NCBI GenBank assembly: GCA_963833425.1
Contig: CAWHXP010000003.1
Coordinates: 560,182 to 624,181, forward strand
DNA from: an uncultured Methanosarcinaceae archaeon
GTDB lineage: Archaea > Halobacteriota > Methanosarcinia > Methanosarcinales > Methanosarcinaceae
Reading direction: 5' to 3'
Length of the DNA stretch: 64,000 nucleotides
In this document: piece by piece, positions 12,393-23,887 of the stretch
Layout: every line of letters begins with the position of its first letter
Position numbering within the stretch: the stretch's first letter is position 1
Position numbers and translations under genes: made by a program
The notes under the pieces: model-generated
Database searches by the model: none
What the model saw: the letters and a program-made list of their open reading frames with translations, nothing else
What the model was told of the DNA's origin: nothing

Positions 12393-13146
12393 GTTCTGGA
12401 TAGGAGCGGGATAAAATAATGATTCAACGAAATTTATCTCCACACCATATGTGAATTTTGATAACGATTCTATATTTTTATAGAAAATATCCATCTTATT
12501 TAAGGATTACGTTATATTTTTATGTAACCTACAACACACATCCAGGTTTGGCATGAGTAGCTTCCTTGTAATTAGCAGCATTGCTCTAGCTCTTTTCAGA
12601 AGACTAAACTCAGATATTGTTTCTCTATTTCTCATAATTTTTGTCGGTGTACAGACAAAAGCCTTATTAGTTTCACATTACATTGAACAAACGCACCCTT
12701 ACCAAGTTAAACACTGCAAATTAAAGTAAGGTATTGCCATAACTTCACCCACTACCAACAATTAAATTGACTTCCAGCGTAAGGATCTTCTCAAGAAAAA
12801 CTTTTTTATCAATCATTGTATATGGACATGGTGAATACTTTATAATAAATAATAAACAGTCCCGTTAGATTACTTTTCAGACCATCAATACAGTAAAAAT
12901 ATTTCGTTTGCATTCTTTTCCCATAAGTTTTGTTATCAAGTTTCACAAATATGATTGAATATTTTGTTCTATAACATCTGGAAGGTTAACTATCAACTTC
13001 GATAAATAAAGTTAATATCCTTGAAAGCTTTAAATTAGAGGAACAAACAAAAAACTGAAAGGTAGGCAAATAAGTGTACAAAAGCAAGGAAAGTGAACTT
13101 CTTTTTTGAGACTCTTTATTATTTTCTGGGCTATTTGTTGACTAGA

Positions 13147-13235
13147 GAGGATTTCGATAAATCCCTAAATTTCGTCATATCCTTATAAATAGTCTATAAA
13201 AGACTCATGAAAATCAGAGGTTTATCGAAATCCTC
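13147..13235. mobile_element. MITE family A (IS5-type TIR GAGGATTTCGATAAA)
   Basis: gaggatttcgataaa ... tttatcgaaatcctc, 89 bp, the same TIR as the IS5 element at 18054-19186. Confidence 0.8.
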
Positions 13236-13387
13236 CGAGTCAATTGTTAGTAGAATAAATGATAAATTTTAGCTGTCCTATAGGATAATATAATAGTTCA
13301 CTTTTTCTTTTTCTGATTAGCAAATTCAAAATTAGGCGAATCTTGCAATGTGAGATTCTGCAGGTTCTAGTTACGGATGCTAACTCA

Positions 13388-14677
13388 CTATTCTGGAATC
13401 TGCTTGATTTTTACTCCGAGATTGGACATATTCTTGAAGAAGTAAGGATAAGAAATCGATACAGATTCAGTTGTGTCAATGGTAGTATTCCCTGCCACCA
13501 TCCCTGCTATTGCAAGGGCCATCACAATCCTGTGATCATGCCAGCCGTGAACCACTGCTCCATTAAGTTTGCCGCCGGTGATAGTCAGACTGTCCTTCTC
13601 CTCTTTAAGGCTCACTCCAAGCTTTGGAAGTTCGGTCGCAAGGGCATGAAGGCGATCCGTTTCCTTATACCGAACATGCTCTGCGTTTTCGATCCTGCTT
13701 ATCCCTTTAGCAACTGCAGCCAGAACAGCGACTGTAGGGACAAGGTCAGGTGTTGCCCCGGCATCAAAGGTAACGGCCTTTAAATGTTTACCTCCTCTAA
13801 CAGTTACAGTGCCAACTTCTTTATCCCATGTTATATCTGCTCCCATGCGTTTCAGAATTTCAATTATCAGCTTATCCCCCTGTTTAGATGGATAGAGATT
13901 TTTGACTGTAATTTTCGAATTGTCTGTCAGAGCTGCGGCTGCAAGAAGATAAGAAGCAGAAGAAAAGTCACCGGGAATCGTATAGTCTTTGAGATCGTAT
14001 TTTTGTTTCCCGGGGATAATGAACCTAGTCCCATAGTTACTATCCGTTAAAATTTTAGCTCCTGCTAGTTCAATCATCTCAAGTGTTATGTCTACATAGG
14101 GTTTTGACTTCAATTTCCCTATAATTGAAAGAATTGTGCTATTTTCAGTAAGTGGACAGGCTATAAGAATAGCAGAGATGAATTGAGAACTGATAGAACC
14201 GTCGATATTCACTTCCTTCCCTTTAAATCCACCTTTGACTATAAGTGGAGCCCGCTCGTTTCCTTGAGTGGAGCAGGCGTGGACACCCAGTTTGTTAAGA
14301 ACATCAAGAAGAGGACCATTTGGCCGGGTGCGTAGGGAGTTATCTCCAGTGAGCACTGTGAGCCCATCAGTAAGGCCTGCAACCGCCGTCATGAAGCGGA
14401 GCGTCGTCCCTGAATTTGCAGCATCAATTACATCTTCTGGAACATTGGGTTTTCCATTAATTCCGTGGATAACGAGATTTTCTTCCCCCCTTTCAATCAA
14501 GGCCCCGAACATCTCTGAAGCCCGGATTGTAGCAAGGGTATCAGCGGAAATCAGAGGGTGGCGTACAATTGATTCTTTCGAAAGACCTGCTATGGTTATA
14601 GCCCTATGAGTATAACTCTTTGAGGGTGGAGCAAAGACTTCCCCTTTAACTGATGATTTGCTAATAGAAACACGCAT
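13388..14677 (-). CDS. aroA: 3-phosphoshikimate 1-carboxyvinyltransferase (EPSP synthase)
   Basis: PPSKSYTHR, NSGTTLRF, SSQFISA, PGDFSSA, RYKETDR, DHRIVMA. Confidence 0.97.
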   Translation of the reverse strand: MRVSISKSSVKGEVFAPPSKSYTHRAITIAGLSKESIVRHPLISADTLATIRASEMFGALIERGEENLVIHGINGKPNVPEDVIDAANSGTTLRFMTAVAGLTDGLTVLTGDNSLRTRPNGPLLDVLNKLGVHACSTQGNERAPLIVKGGFKGKEVNIDGSISSQFISAILIACPLTENSTILSIIGKLKSKPYVDITLEMIELAGAKILTDSNYGTRFIIPGKQKYDLKDYTIPGDFSSASYLLAAAALTDNSKITVKNLYPSKQGDKLIIEILKRMGADITWDKEVGTVTVRGGKHLKAVTFDAGATPDLVPTVAVLAAVAKGISRIENAEHVRYKETDRLHALATELPKLGVSLKEEKDSLTITGGKLNGAVVHGWHDHRIVMALAIAGMVAGNTTIDTTESVSISYPYFFKNMSNLGVKIKQIPE

Positions 14678-15289
14678 ATATCATAGCTCTCCTACTTTTA
14701 TTTTAAACTTTTTCCCCCGAAAATTAAGGTGGCTTGTTTTTGTTTTTTGTAATGATTATAAATTTAGCTTTAGGGATTCAGTTCACAACTTGTCGAATAC
14801 TTTCCACCATGTACGAGCTATGGTCATAGGAATGAACTGATAAGCTGAGAGTAGCTATCGTGCAGTGTTTTGCCCTTCTACCCTGTCAGGACAAGTATTA
14901 GTGGAGTGTTGAGAGGCCATTAAGATTTCTAGGTAAGCTTCTGCTACATAGTTTTTCCTGGAAAAATAGTTATGTGTGCACTCTCATCAATTATCCCAAA
15001 GTTATCGAGAGTCTTGAAAGGGACCTCATCAACTTTTGTGTCCATAGGGTTGATCCATGTAACTGCTATTTTCTACCTGGATGTTGGGATTGCCTGAAAT
15101 TTATTAATCATGTATTCCATCTGGTCTATTTTTCAGTTCCAGTTAATTAAAGCTCTGTCAGTATATGTACTTAAAATTCTGTGTTTAATCATCCACTTTT
15201 AATTCTCAAAAACCAAGTCGATAAAGTTGACTTTACAACTGTCAATATATTTTTTTACATATATCTATAATTCTTTTTCTGAATTATTA

Positions 15290-15400
15290 GACTTTGGTAC
15301 TATCTAGTATGTACTCAGGAAAACCAATAAATTTCCTGAAAGAAATTCTATTAATAAATTGTTTATCAAGAACAAATTCAGTAAGAGTTTTCATGAGTAA
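15290..15400 (-). pseudogene. internally deleted IS5 transposase remnant
   Basis: Reverse strand reads MKTLTEFVL-DKQFINRISFRKFIGFPEYI, joining two separate segments of the transposase at 18190-19117. Confidence 0.65.
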
Positions 15401-16681
15401 AAATTATTGTAAAGAAATTTTAAACTCCCTTAACTCCCTTGATACTTAAATTCAAAGAAATATATAAAAATTTGTTAAGATATTACTGTTTTTTATTGAG
15501 TTTTGTGAAAAAGATTTATCAAATAATGAATTATCAACTGTTTGAAATATATCTGTTTTGAAATTGGTAAAAGGTACTTTTTTGAGTTGACAGAATAGGT
15601 AGTGATGGAGATCATATACATCTTTTAGTTAGTGCTGAGCCAAAATATTATCCTTCAAGAGTAACGCAAATTATTTAAATATACCACAGCAAGAAAAATC
15701 TTTGAATAATAACCTGAGATTAAAAATATTTTTTGTATAGTGAACTTTAGAATAATGGAGAACGCATTAGAACTGTGGTTATTAGTACAACTTCCGATTA
15801 AATTAGAGATGATTTGAAAATAGGACGAAAAGAAGTCTATAGATAAATTAAAATATTTGATTTTGAATAATTCCTTTATCCAAAATATTGAATACGAACA
15901 TACCAAGTTGCTTGAAGCTGGTTTTCTACTGCAACTTTTATTTTATTCTGATTTGTAAAAATGGTTTCGAAACTGATGAAATTCAAAATTACTGTTAGAT
16001 ACATATATTTATATATATAAATACATGTTCTAATCATCAGTCGCATTGTATAGGTCCTTGCACGAGGTAATGGGAAATCCTGACTGTGAGTGTACAGACA
16101 ACCCCAATGCGGTACACAATAGTGTGACATTGACCGACACGAGGGTAACTGAAAGTGACTGCGGAAAATCAGAGAATGAACTTTCGGAGTTAGTGCGTTC
16201 GGGCTACAACGCTATTCTCTATGGTTTCAAGGGTTATATTTGGTATGTTCAGTACTTCGCCAAATATTACTTCCAATTTTATCCTATCCATTTACATCAC
16301 TAACTTCACACTTACCCCAACCCTAATTGCAATCCCAGCAATTCCTCAATGAGTAATACAAACATACCAAATCTGAATTTTTTTCATCCATAGCTGTAGA
16401 TCCTCTTTTGAGATACTCAAACGTTTTTCAGGAGGTTTATTCGTGTATTTTATAGTCGGTATATACTTTAGCATAAATATATGATTTTGAAATTTTCAAA
16501 TGAATTACTTAGTTTAACCATATTTCTTATTTCGCTTTATGAGCTAATAAGTTTAGAGATTACATTTGAACTGTGAGTTATGGCACTACTTGCGATGTAA
16601 TTAAAAACAATGTTGAAAAATCAGATAACCAATTAGAAATGTATAAAATGATGTTCCACCTGTAAGTGAACCATTTATTTT

Positions 16682-16769
16682 GAGGATTTCAATAAATTTC
16701 TGATTTTCAAGATTCATATATGTACACTAATAAGTATATGATAAATTTTAGGGGTTTAACAAAATCCAA
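16682..16769. mobile_element. degenerate MITE family A copy, inverted relative to the 13147 copy
   Basis: gaggatttcaataaatttctgattttcaaga ... ggggtttaacaaaatcc; the interior resembles the reverse complement of 13147-13235. Confidence 0.6.
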
Positions 16770-16964
16770 TTAAATCTTAGCTATTAAAGTCTATGGAAAA
16801 ATATTCAGAGCATCCTTATTTAAAATTTGGTGATTAAGTATTTTGAAACTCATTTTCTTTAATTATTAGCTTCGATTGTATTTTCTTCCAGAATATCTTG
16901 AAAATTACATACTTTTCAGAACTCAAAACCAACATTTTTAGATTGACATTAAGTAGCTAAATAA

Positions 16965-17405
16965 TTATTTTGAATCAAGATAAAAATAATTTGTCTTTAA
17001 TCTTAACCTGGAAACGTAGGTATAAAGGCTCTCTACATCTTTAATTTCCTTATAACATATAAGCTTTATTTTGTGGCGTATCTGAAGCTCAGGTTTCAGA
17101 CCAAAATTTTTGAAATATCCTAAAAGTTTTGCAGCCAGCAAATCACCCCGTCTATCCCAATCTGTTAGTACGATTACTTCAGTTCCAATTTTCGCAATTA
17201 TTTCCGCAAAATTATAAAGAGATGTGTTGGTTGCGAGCTCAAAATTACCTTCAATTCCAAGCCTTCTCAATGAAAAGACATCCCTTTTCCCTTCCACGAT
17301 GATAACTGCTCCCCTTCCAGAATACTCGGAAAGTTCAGATAGCAATCCTTCAATTCTTTCAAGCTTTTTTCTGTAAATTTCATGATCAACCACGGTGGTA
17401 TACAA
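16965..17405 (-). CDS. small Toprim-domain protein (UPF0292-like)
   Basis: IIVEGKRD ... VLTDWDRRG Toprim motifs; KDVESL. Confidence 0.88.
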   Translation of the reverse strand: MYTTVVDHEIYRKKLERIEGLLSELSEYSGRGAVIIVEGKRDVFSLRRLGIEGNFELATNTSLYNFAEIIAKIGTEVIVLTDWDRRGDLLAAKLLGYFKNFGLKPELQIRHKIKLICYKEIKDVESLYTYVSRLRLKTNYFYLDSK

Positions 17406-17508
17406 CCTTTAACTTTATTTTCAATAGTTAGACTAATAAGAGTCTGATTTTTTTTTTAAAATCAGGAAAAATTACTCTTAAAACTATCCTATTTTAAGAA
17501 TATGTTTT

Positions 17509-17826
17509 TTATTTTTTAAAACAGGCTGCAAAAATAGAAACAGCATGTTTGTAAGAAATTCCATTTATTAGTAAAGATTTCTTACTACTTGTTGCACCAC
17601 TGAAGATCCGAATATCCGAATTACGAATTCCAAAGAGTGCGGCAAAACATTCGACCAATTGTTCGTTTGCCTTTCCCTTATGGGCATTTTTGGTTATCTT
17701 TACTTCAATTCTCTTGCGCCATTCGTTGTAACCACTCGGAACTGAGATCAAACTGGAACCAGGAACAACTTCGATATCAACAATAATACCATAATCCAGA
17801 TCTCTTATTGCCTGTTCGAAAGACAT
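17509..17826 (-). CDS. DUF167 / UPF0235 family protein
   Basis: IEVVPGS, KGKANEQL, IFSGATSSKK. Confidence 0.88.
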   Translation of the reverse strand: MSFEQAIRDLDYGIIVDIEVVPGSSLISVPSGYNEWRKRIEVKITKNAHKGKANEQLVECFAALFGIRNSDIRIFSGATSSKKSLLINGISYKHAVSIFAACFKK

Positions 17827-18053
17827 ATTTTTACCTTTTTGAAGGAATCCTATAAATCAATAACTGGTTAAAGATCAGAGTGAAGGAATATTTCTAAATA
17901 CGAACAGTTTTCGTATTTTAGGCAATATATTTAGGTATCAATTGATCAAGCAATTTCAGTACGTCATTAATTTTTACTCACCATTAAACAATTCCTTGAT
18001 GTATTATTATATAAGTTGAAAACTTCTCCATGTATACATACCATTATATTAAA

Positions 18054-19186
18054 GAGGATTTCGATAAACTTCGGATTTTATTTCTTAGCAGGAATTTCTC
18101 ATATCTTCCCCTCAATTTTTCTATTTAATTCCTCTTTTTGGCTTTACTTATTCTCAATTCTTTGATTTTAAAGATAGCTTCCGCTATCTTCAATATACTT
18201 TTTTTAGTTTCAATGTCCTCAATTGATGGAGATTATAACAAAAAGCCGTACACAACATTTTTAGATTTACTCTTTTAACAGTAGTAACAAAAACTCTTCC
18301 TGCTTTGAAAATTTCTTTTGTTACTGAATAAACTCTTTCCCCTTGGACTCTTTTTGAGCTAATTCTCTTATTTCTTAATATATCCCTTATTCCCAGAGTA
18401 TGTCTTTTGACTGCTCTTTTCATTGTTGCATTATACCCTTTCGTTTTTGCTCCAAAGTATCCTCTATCCTATAAACCACTTCATTTTCCTCTGTCAAATC
18501 TACATACGAATCATGTACTGACGCAGTTGTTGTTTTGAATCTTCTGATCAGCTCATAATCTCTGTCTATTATATTATGAAGCTTATATCCAAAGTGAGAC
18601 TTACCTCCCTTCTTTGTCCATGTTCCGTCTCTGCTTCTTCTTGTTTTTGCCTCATCTTTCTCCTTTTGCATGTCCTGGATCTGAATGGATAAAAGTAGCA
18701 TCCTGAATCATTCCCTGCTTTATCTGTAAACCCAGAGCACCAAGTTGGCTTTGCAACTTTCCCCATATTTTCTTTGAAATGCTCGATAATTCTCTCCCTA
18801 AATAGCCATACAGTAGTACTGTAAGGTATGTATTCCGGAAATCCAAGGAATTTCCTAAAAGAAATTCGATCTATACACTGTTTCTCAAGTTCAAAATCAG
18901 AGAGCCCATGCCATTGTTGTAAAACAAGCATTTTGAACATCACAATGACATCAGTTTCAGGTCTCCCTCTTGAAATGGTTTTGTTGATACACATAGACTC
19001 AAGAATAATACGAAGCGTTTTCCAATCAATTAAGGAATCAAACTCAGCAAGCTTATCTCCAACAGATTCAAGACGTTTATACTCTTCTTTAAGAGCAAAA
19101 TCAATAAGAGTTTTCATGAATATAGATAAATATTGACAAATTTAAAGTCAACCATGCTCATGAGCATGGAGTTTATCGAAATTCTC
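18054..19186 (-). mobile_element. IS5-family insertion sequence with frameshifted transposase (18190-19117)
   Basis: TIRs gaggatttcgataaact / agtttatcgaaattctc; LQQWHGLSDFELE, DRISFRKFLG, IQDATFI, KSHFGYKLH, TTASVHDS spread over several frames. Confidence 0.9.
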
Positions 19187-19299
19187 AAAATATAGTAGCA
19201 CAACAATTAAAGATTATTCATCTTAATAAACACCGAATCCCATTACATTCCTAAAGATGCTGATAAGGACTTTTCCCTTTTAGGATATCTTTTTGATAC

Positions 19300-20170
19300 T
19301 GCATTAAATGATTAATTTTTAATTTTTTGACTAATTTCCTTGTTCCTTGATATGTCTCTTATTCTCAGAGGGTGTTCGTTTACTACTCTTCTCATCGTTG
19401 AATCATAACTTTTTATTTGACTCCAAAAGATCCTCTTATATGTAAATCACTTAATTTTTTATGAAAATCTACACCAAAATTATTGAGTGATAAAGTTATT
19501 GTTTTTGAATTTTCTGATTAGAATAATATGCTATTATGCTATTGAACTTACATTCAAAACATGACTAAGAACTATCTTTTGGCCAGGTTTTTATCTCTGT
19601 TTCTTTTTCTCCTTGTTTTTGCTTAATTTTCAAGATGTTTATCCGTTTTTGCATGGCCAGTATCTGACGGATAAAATCAGCTTCCTAAATCGTTCACTGT
19701 TTTTATTTTAGAACCAAAGTAATTAAGTTAGCTTTGTAAATGTCCAATATTCTTTTCTTTTTTGTAATTATCAATATTTTTTCCCTGAATGACTAGTCTG
19801 TGGTACTTTATGGTATATACTCAAAATCCAAAAAATTCCTGAAGAAATTCGATCAATACATTGTTTCCCAAGTTCAAAGTCGGAACGACCACAAAGATGT
19901 TGTAAAACAAGATTTTGAACTTACTAATTACTTCAGCTTTAGATCGGCCTAAGTAAAGTTTTTTGTTAAAATATCTGGACTCTAAAATGCTAAGAAAAGA
20001 ATTCCAATAAATTGAAATAAAATATTTCAGTAAGCTTCTCTCCATCTGACTGGAGACGTCTTTATTCATATTTAAGAACAAAGTCGGAAGGAGTTTTCAT
20101 GAATGAAAATTAATGTCAAGAGATATAAACTCCCAAATATTAAAATACCTTGGAGTTTATCGAAATTCTC
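19300..20170 (-). mobile_element. second, more degraded IS5 copy in tandem with the first
   Basis: End ggagtttatcgaaattctc at 20152-20170; reverse strand shows decayed DTGHAK, AKTRR and YDSTMRRVVNEHPLRIRDISRNKEIS segments matching the first copy. Confidence 0.7.
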
Positions 20171-20300
20171 TGGAATCTATTTGCTTTGAGATTGGTAAAA
20201 GGCATTATTTTAAGTTTGATGCTATCGGTACTAGTGATAATCATATAAATTTTAGTTGTTCTAACCCAAAATATTCTACTAAAAAATTGATGCAGATTGG
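20171..20300 (+). pseudogene. IS200/IS605 TnpA (Y1 transposase) fragment
   Basis: ICFEIGKRHYFKFDAIGTSDNHINF...PKYSTKKLMQI resembles the TnpA HUH region (DHVH...PKYS..MQI); it begins right at the IS5 TIR. Confidence 0.6.
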
Positions 20301-20776
20301 AGAGATTTTGGATAACCAAATAATTTAGTTATACGCTTATGAATGGTGCATAAATACTCTTGAAAATCAAATTTGTATCAAACTTCTCTATAAAAAATAC
20401 CACAGTAAAAAAATCTTTAAAGAGTACTTCGAGGTTGAAAACAAGTTCTAGAATATTGAATTGTGGAGTAATAGAGATTATATTTGAACTTCGGATTACG
20501 TTACAACTTTTGATATAATTAAAAACTTTGTTGAAAATCAGAAGAAAAAGAAGCGTAATAGGATAATTAAAATAATATATTTTGGAGAATCCATTAATAC
20601 CCACAGTGACAAGAACAAATAAGTCGTTCGCAGAGAGTTTGATACTAAACTTTGATTTTTTTTCCCATCGGTTGGCAATAGAAATATCTTTTGCATCAAA
20701 ATAAATTTTTCCCGACTAATTTTTAGCTGATTATAAAGCTATAAATTTTCATGGATATCTTGTAGTAGAGGAGGTT

Positions 20777-21193
20777 TTAATCTTTGTGCATAGGGTTCGA
20801 AGGTTCCACTTTCTCTTGAATCATTTCTACATTGTGTGGACCTTTTTGATGATTGAATGTTCGGTCAAATTCCGGATATTTCGAAAACTTGACAGCCAAT
20901 TCTTCAAACATTTTATGTCTTGGGCTGATTATGATTATATGAGCAGGAGGATGAATTTTTTTTAATCTACTAATTGCTGCACCTGCATGATTATTCAATT
21001 CTACTAGTGCTGCAGAGTTACATTTTGATCTGAGGGATACTCCCATTATGCTTACAAGAAGCTCATCAGCATAATTTGGTTCTATGCACTTGGGAGTCGC
21101 TGAAAATTGAATATGTCCGTATCGTTCCAGGTCATGTAATGCTATTTTCACTTTATCCGAGTCATCCGCCCGGACTAATGCAAATGATTTCAT
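20777..21193 (-). CDS. DUF356 family methanogen protein
   Basis: ALVRADD...ALHDLERY...AISRLKKIHPPAHIIIIS pattern. Confidence 0.75.
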   Translation of the reverse strand: MKSFALVRADDSDKVKIALHDLERYGHIQFSATPKCIEPNYADELLVSIMGVSLRSKCNSAALVELNNHAGAAISRLKKIHPPAHIIIISPRHKMFEELAVKFSKYPEFDRTFNHQKGPHNVEMIQEKVEPSNPMHKD

Positions 21194-22372
21194 TTTTTAC
21201 ACACCACCAATCTGGAGTTTCCCCATCTCGATATGGATCTACCCCTATAATAATCTTTGCGTATGAGAGAAGCACGTATAAAACTGGATTTTCCATAAAG
21301 AGTGACATCTAGATCACATTTAGGTACTATAATCTACCTGTTCTCGAGGGCAGAATATCCTTTTAACTTTTTGTCTCATATGAAGTGTCTTCACAAATTA
21401 TAAGGGTTTCTTTTAACTTCTATTTTCAAGATTTCGCATGCTCTTCCGGATAATAAAGTAGTGTGTTTTATAGTTATATGCAACCTATATATATTCGTTT
21501 TGAAATAATATTTTGCTATTTAGAAACTGTTTTGAAACCTTATTTTGTTGTAAATACTATCTTCACCAACTAGCTTGGTTAATCAGTAAAATAACACCAT
21601 TTTTTACGATTTTCACAGAAAAGTAATGTTGAATATTTATTTTTTATTTTTTCATAGTGTTATTCTTGAGTTCAAGTTGATGGTGAAAGTCACAAAAATT
21701 TTCAGTTGAAATTCATTGATAATATACTGTTTATCATTGGAAATATATAGAATTCCAGATAAACACACAAAACCTTGATTAACTTAGATTCCAAGTTCAT
21801 TACTGATTTTTAGGTATGTAATTACAAAATAACGAGGGGTATTATAACAGTCCGCGAGTATAATTTATTTCCCCATTGTGTTAAATGGCACTTTGAAAAT
21901 GAAATTAAGTAATTAGATAATGCTTTTCTAGTCCCACATAATACATAGCAGCATTCTTGTTACTAGAATATTGATCCTCTGCGAAAACAGCAGCAAATCC
22001 ATGCGTTTTGCCACTTTGATTAAAGGTTTAATTTGTTCAACAAACATTTGGCGATTTATTTATTATAACAGCTTTAAGATTTTTTTTAAAATGATTGTGT
22101 CACGAGCTTTCCAGGATATTCTTTAACCTATTGTTTGAATTGAGTATATGAATAATCCCTGTATAGTCGTTTATGCTAGAACATTGAAAAAGAGCTTGTG
22201 TCAGCTTTAATCAAATCGACATCTGAATATTTTTGATCAGAGTTATGACGATAGAAAGTAGTTATGAAAACTATCTACTCAAATTAAAGAATATAGAATA
22301 ATTATTTTAGGTAATGAAGGATTTGATCCTAGCAAAGAAAAATAACCATTATATGCTAGAATGGAGTCATTT

Positions 22373-22424
22373 GTTTGATGCTATAGACAATGACTTCAGT
22401 TTGATGCCATAGACAACGACTTCA
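22373..22424. repeat. 26-bp tandem duplication upstream of phoU
   Basis: gtttgatgctatagacaatgacttca / gtttgatgccatagacaacgacttca. Confidence 0.85.
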
Positions 22425-22582
22425 TGACCTTCTATAATTTTTATTGATTTTATTCTAATTTGTGGAAATGGTTTAGGAACTGACAAGATTTTGAATTATT
22501 AATTCTAGAGATAATTTTATGTATTACTATTGTCTATATAGATCTTGTTAAATTAATTAGAATAACTTTAGGGGGACTGTTT

Positions 22583-23587
22583 ATTACTAAGGATAAAAGA
22601 AAAGTTCAGTTTACTGGAAATTCTACTTATATTGTATCTCTCCCCATCAAATGGGTAAGGGATATCGGGCTTGAAGCCGGAGACACGCTTACTCTTACAC
22701 CCATGCCTAACAGAACTCTAATTGTTTCTTCCAGTGAAATCTCAAGAGAACAAGCTACTATCAAAGCAACAATCGATTATATTCACTCGGAAGGTGCGGA
22801 AAACAATCTCAGAATCCTTATATCCCATTACCTTGCTGGATATGATAATATAAGATTGACTACCAAAAAAGGTTTTAGCGCTTATGATCGTAAGTTTATC
22901 AAGGACGCAGTGCGTCAGAAATTGATAGGTCTTGAACTTGTAGAAGAATCCAGAAATGAACTGGTTTTTCAGTGCTTGCTCAATTACAATGACCTTCCTC
23001 TTAGCCGAGTAATCAAAAACATGTATGGCCTTGTAATCTCCATGCTCGAAGATTCTATGACTGCCCTCCAGGACCATAATTTGGAAATTGCCGAAGACGT
23101 AATCCAGAGAGATGACGACGTAGATCGCTTTTATCTTCTTGCTGTCCGCCAGCTCAAAGCTGCAATTGAAGATATTGAACTCTCTAATAAAATAGGAATT
23201 CGGTATCCACGAGAATGTCTGGGATACAGGCTTATTACAAAAAGTATTGAGCGTATAGGAGACCACGCTGTAAAAATAGCTAGGAACGTCTTGAAAATGA
23301 GTGCAGAAATGGATACCAATGACTCTATATTTAAAATGGCCGGGAATTCACGAAAAGTTTTCGAAAGCTCAATAAACTCAATGACAGAAGAAGACCTGCA
23401 GGCTATCAACAAAATTGTTGTGGAAGCAAAGAACGTGTCCCAGTTTGGTGTTTCTCTAGAGTCACAAGATGAGAAATATTCAAGTGCTGTTGAACTTAGT
23501 ATGATCCTTGAGAGCCTACGAAGGGTAGCCGAGTATAGCGCCGATATTGCAGAAGTTTCAATAAATATGAATGTAAAGCAGATATGA
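22583..23587 (+). CDS. phoU: archaeal phosphate uptake regulator (AbrB-like domain plus two PhoU domains)
   Basis: In-frame KRKVQFTGNSTYIVSLPIKWV (AbrB-like) lies upstream of the ORF-track ATG; DDDVDRFY, IERIGDH and SLRRVAEYSADIAE follow. Confidence 0.88.
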   Translation: MTKDKRKVQFTGNSTYIVSLPIKWVRDIGLEAGDTLTLTPMPNRTLIVSSSEISREQATIKATIDYIHSEGAENNLRILISHYLAGYDNIRLTTKKGFSAYDRKFIKDAVRQKLIGLELVEESRNELVFQCLLNYNDLPLSRVIKNMYGLVISMLEDSMTALQDHNLEIAEDVIQRDDDVDRFYLLAVRQLKAAIEDIELSNKIGIRYPRECLGYRLITKSIERIGDHAVKIARNVLKMSAEMDTNDSIFKMAGNSRKVFESSINSMTEEDLQAINKIVVEAKNVSQFGVSLESQDEKYSSAVELSMILESLRRVAEYSADIAEVSINMNVKQI

Positions 23588-23887
23588 ACCTAAAATTTCT
23601 GGTTAAGAGTATTCTATTCTATCCTGCTTAATACAACTGCATTTAAGAACCAATATTTTAATGTACTCGGATTATGTATCTGGCACTCTAAGGAATGAAA
23701 GCAGATTCGATAGTTAAAGTTTTTCGGTTCCGGTAATCTTTCAATCCTTTTAAATCTTATATTTTTCGATGGATTTTTTGATCTAATCCATCCTAGTAGC
23801 CTATTTTCAGACTTGACAAATTTTTGAAAAATATTATTTAATTTTCAAAATGCAACCAAAGCTATTTGTTATCTAAAACCTTAAACC

